Assembly: GCF_006345805.1 (NCBI RefSeq)
Contig: NC_043010.1
Coordinates: forward strand, 25,110,001-25,174,000
DNA from: Octopus sinensis
Taxonomy: Eukaryota
Reading direction: 5' to 3'
Length of the DNA stretch: 64,000 bases
A program made the translations under genes and the position numbers. The number at the start of each line of letters is the position of its first letter. The first letter of the stretch is position 1. This document shows, piece after piece, positions 60,298-64,000 of this stretch. Under the pieces are notes generated by a model, which did not search any database, was not told the DNA's origin, and saw nothing but the letters and a program-made list of their open reading frames with translations.

Positions 60298-63200
60298 ATG
60301 GAAAATTTACCGCATCCAAAAGACCTAGACTTTAATCAGGAAAATCTAGCCGCAGCATGGAAAAAGTGGAAAAAAGAATTCAATCTCTTTTTGATAGCAA
60401 CAGAAGTGACATGAAGCCAGACAAAGTAAAAACTTCAATGTTTTTAACTTGCATCGGTTCTAAAGGCCGAGATATCCATTCCACACTGGATTTCGATTCA
60501 CCCGACGAAGAAATGAACCTTCAGACAGTAATCGAAAAATTCGATGCATATTGTGAACCCAGGAAAAACATAACTTTCCTAAGACACAAATTCTTCACAT
60601 GTGGACAAGCGGAACATCAAAAATTCGATGAGTACGTAGTAGAGTTGCGCCAAAAGGCACAACAGTGCGAATTCGGCAACCTCACAGACAGTCTCACCAA
60701 AGATATTCTGATATGTGGAATCAGAGACATGAGATTAAGAGAAAGATTATTGAGAGAACCAAATTTAGACCTACAAAAAACAATTCAAGCAGGTCAGAGT
60801 GCAGAGCAAACACGACTCCAATCAAGGATGCTAAATGCCACATCCGAAACAAGAGATAACGACATCTCGAGGGTATATAGTCAACACGACAGAAAAGGCG
60901 CCAAAACTCAAATAACCCGCCATATGCAATCCAGACATCAAAACGAACAAGGCGGAAGTGACAGAAAGCCCGCGAAGTTTCAAGCGCCAAGTCAACACTA
61001 CGTCACTAACTGTCACTATTGTGGTTATAATCACAAAAGAAATAAATGCCCAGCATTTCACAAGACATGTGAAAAATGCAAGAAACAAGGACACTATGCA
61101 AAAATGTGCAAATCAAGAAAATTTGTACATAAAGTAGAGATACATACCGACGATGAATCAGATGACGATACAGATGCACTCGAAATGATCACTGCAAATA
61201 ATTCCCGCGTGCACAAAATCGAAAAGTTCAAGACTCCAAAAGACATTTGGACGGTCGAACTAAAAGTGAACAACTCGAATGTAACATTCAAAATAGATAC
61301 AGGAGCAGACGTAACCGTACTGCCATTCAGAGAATATAGAAATATAATTCCAAAACCACAACTGCAAAAAACTTCAACTCGATTATCAGCTTATAATAAC
61401 ACAGCTATAAAAGTGCTAGGAAAATGCACAGCAGTCATTAAATACAAAGAATTATCAAAGCAAATAAAATTCATTGTTGCAAAAACAAACTCGCACGCAG
61501 TTATAGATGCAAAGACAGCTAAAGATCTGAACCTGATTCAGAGAATTTCAAAAATAATTCGTCGAACAAAAACGACATATTAGAAAAATATGAAGACTGT
61601 TTCGGAGAAATCGGCACTTTGTCAATAACACATCATATCACAGTGGATCCACAAATAACTCCTGTAATTCATCCACCAAGATCGGTTCCTTTTTCTATAA
61701 AAGAAAAACTCAACAAAGAATTAAAAAGAATGACAGAATTAGATATCATAAAACCTGTTAGTGAACCTACAGACTGGGTAAATTCCCTAGTCATCGTTGA
61801 AAAAGCCAACGGAAAACTCCGACTCTGTTTAGACCCCAAGAATCTAAACAAAGCCATAAAAAGGCAACATTTCAAACTCCCTACAGCGGAGGACATTTTT
61901 GCACAAATGCATAACCCTAAATATTTTTCAAAACTCGATGCATCTAATGGATACTGGCAAATTCCAGTTGACGAAGAAAGCTCCCATCTTTTAATGTTCA
62001 ACACACCTTTTGGAAGGTATCGCTTCACACGACTACCCTTTGGAATTCACAGCGCCAGTGAAGTTTTCCAAAAAGAAATTTCAAAAATAATAGAGGGCAT
62101 AGAAGGAGCAAGAAATTCACAGGATGACATCATAATCTGGTCCAGCACTTTAGAAGAACACACAAATAGACTACAACAAGTTTTCGATCGAATCCGAAAG
62201 CACGGATTAAAGTTAAATAAATCAAAGTGTATCTTCTATGAATCACAAATCAAGTACCTTGGGCATATATTAACCAGCGAAGGGATAACACAAGATCCAA
62301 CCAAAGTACAAGCAATCATTCACATGCCACTGCCAACAAGTAAAAAAGAATTACAAAGATTCCTAGGTATGACAAATTACCTATGTAAATTTTTATCTAA
62401 TTACTCCGAAGTCACAGCACCATTGCGCCAGCTTCTACAGAGTGACACGTTATGGTCATTCGACAAACCACAAATCGAAGCAATAAAAAAGCTAAAAGAA
62501 ATGATTACCAGAAAACCAGTGCTACAATTTTATGATCCAGATCTACCAATAAAAATAACTACTGATGCTAGTAAGCATGGGCTCGGAGCGATACTTGAGC
62601 AGAAACACAACGAAAGATGGCTACCTGTTTTGTTTGCATCTCGTGCAACAACTCAAGCGGAACAAAACTACTGTCCGATAGAGAGCGAAGCTCTCAGTAT
62701 AGTTTTCGCATGCAAGAAATTTCATCAATTTATATACGGAACTCATTTCAGAATCGAAAATGACCATAAACCGTTGAAGCAAATATTCAAAAAATCGATC
62801 ACTAAATGCCCCTCCAGAATCCAAAGATTTCTACTAACATTACAAAGATATGATTTTGACCTAAACCACATACCTGGTAAAGAATCAATTGTTGCAGATA
62901 CCCTATCACGTGCATACCTTGAGCAAAATACTCCAGAAGTACCAGACGAAGATATGAAATCGCACATTCATGCAGTAATAAAAAATTACCCCATAACCGA
63001 CACTAAATTAAAAGAGTATAAAGAAGCCACTGCAGACGACCCGTCTCTACAGACACTCGTCACATATACAAGAACAGAATGGCCCCCAAAAGACAAAATA
63101 CCAATAAACATCAAACCATTCGTATCCGTTCGTGATGAAATATCAATCGTCAATGGTCTCGTTCTAAAAGGTTCAAGAATAATTGTACCTAAGTCATTAC

Positions 63201-64000
63201 GTAGAGAAGCTCTACAGGAAATACATACCGGACACATGGGTATCGAAAAATGCATAGAGAGAGCGAAGGAATGTATATACTGGCCCGGCATTAACACTCA
63301 AATCAAAGACATGATTAACACATGCTCATACTGCATTGACTACAAAAATCAACAAGCAGCCGAACCACTAATAAATCATGAAATACCTACTACACCATGG
63401 ACCAAAGTGGGTACAGACGTATTTCACATGTCTGGAAATTCGTATGTCACAATTATTGACTATACAACAAGATTTTTTGATCTACACGAAATAAATGATT
63501 GCCAGTCAAAAACCGTAATCAAAAAATTAAAAGAAACTTTTGCTAATTCGGAATTCCGCAAACAGTTGTAAGTGACAACGGTCCAGAATTCAATTCGGCT
63601 GAATTCAAAAAATTTGCAAAAAATTGGCATTTTCATCACACGAAGACAAGCCCGCATTATCATCAAGCGAATGGCATGGTTGAGAGAAATATACAGACAA
63701 TAAAAAAAAGACGCTAAAAAAGGCATTCAAAAGTGACGAAGAACCTCAGTTAGCGCTCTTATCATTACGCACGACTAAATTACAAAATGGTGCACCATCC
63801 CCTGCAAATCAAATAATGAATAGAACATTGCGAACAAATCTCCCAAACATATTACACGACAAAATTGGTATCAGGCCTCACGAAAAGAAGAAATCAAACA
63901 TTACAACAGAACTCCCAGAGTTAAAACCACACGACACGGTTAGAATTAAGTTTAACAACAATTGGTTTAGAAGGGGCAAAATAATTAAAAAACTAGAGCA
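60298..64000 (+). mobile_element. Ty3/Gypsy (Mag-like) gag-pol polyprotein, four frameshifts, truncated by window edge
   Basis: Gag MENLPHP...WKKWK; double knuckle CHYCGYNH...CEKCKKQGHYAKMC; FKIDTGAD protease; LDASNGYWQ, LPFG, SQDD RT; TDASKHGLG RNase H; HTGHMG...CSYC, SDNGPEF, NGMVER integrase. Confidence 0.95.

Overview
Eukaryotic, very AT-rich, repeat-dominated DNA, most likely from a cephalopod such as Octopus. That assignment is inferred from the tRNA-derived SINE, the RTE and R4-type LINE families and the abundant (TA)n; it was not database-checked. No intact host gene, rRNA, tRNA gene or CRISPR array is supportable. LTR elements: a decayed full-length Ty3/Gypsy with both LTRs and a 5-bp TSD (1069-5215, -), and a near-intact Mag-type Gypsy running off the right edge (59982-64000, +). 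Non-LTR elements: two head-to-tail L1/Tx1-clade LINEs joined through (TCTA)n (17.8-29.4 kb), five RTE copies (three retain a PHD-type finger inside the RT), several R4/Dong-like RLE fragments stacked in (TAA)n with three copies of a ~550-bp non-coding element (44.9-50.1 kb), Penelope GIY-YIG remnants with hammerhead-like half motifs, and SINEs. DNA elements: a Helitron helicase, an in-frame mariner/maT chimera, MITE and foldback structures. Also a ~960-bp higher-order satellite ending at a 100-N gap. Three or four isolated + strand exon candidates, two paralogous to each other, suggest the window may be intronic to an unidentified host gene. Identity values are by-eye estimates.
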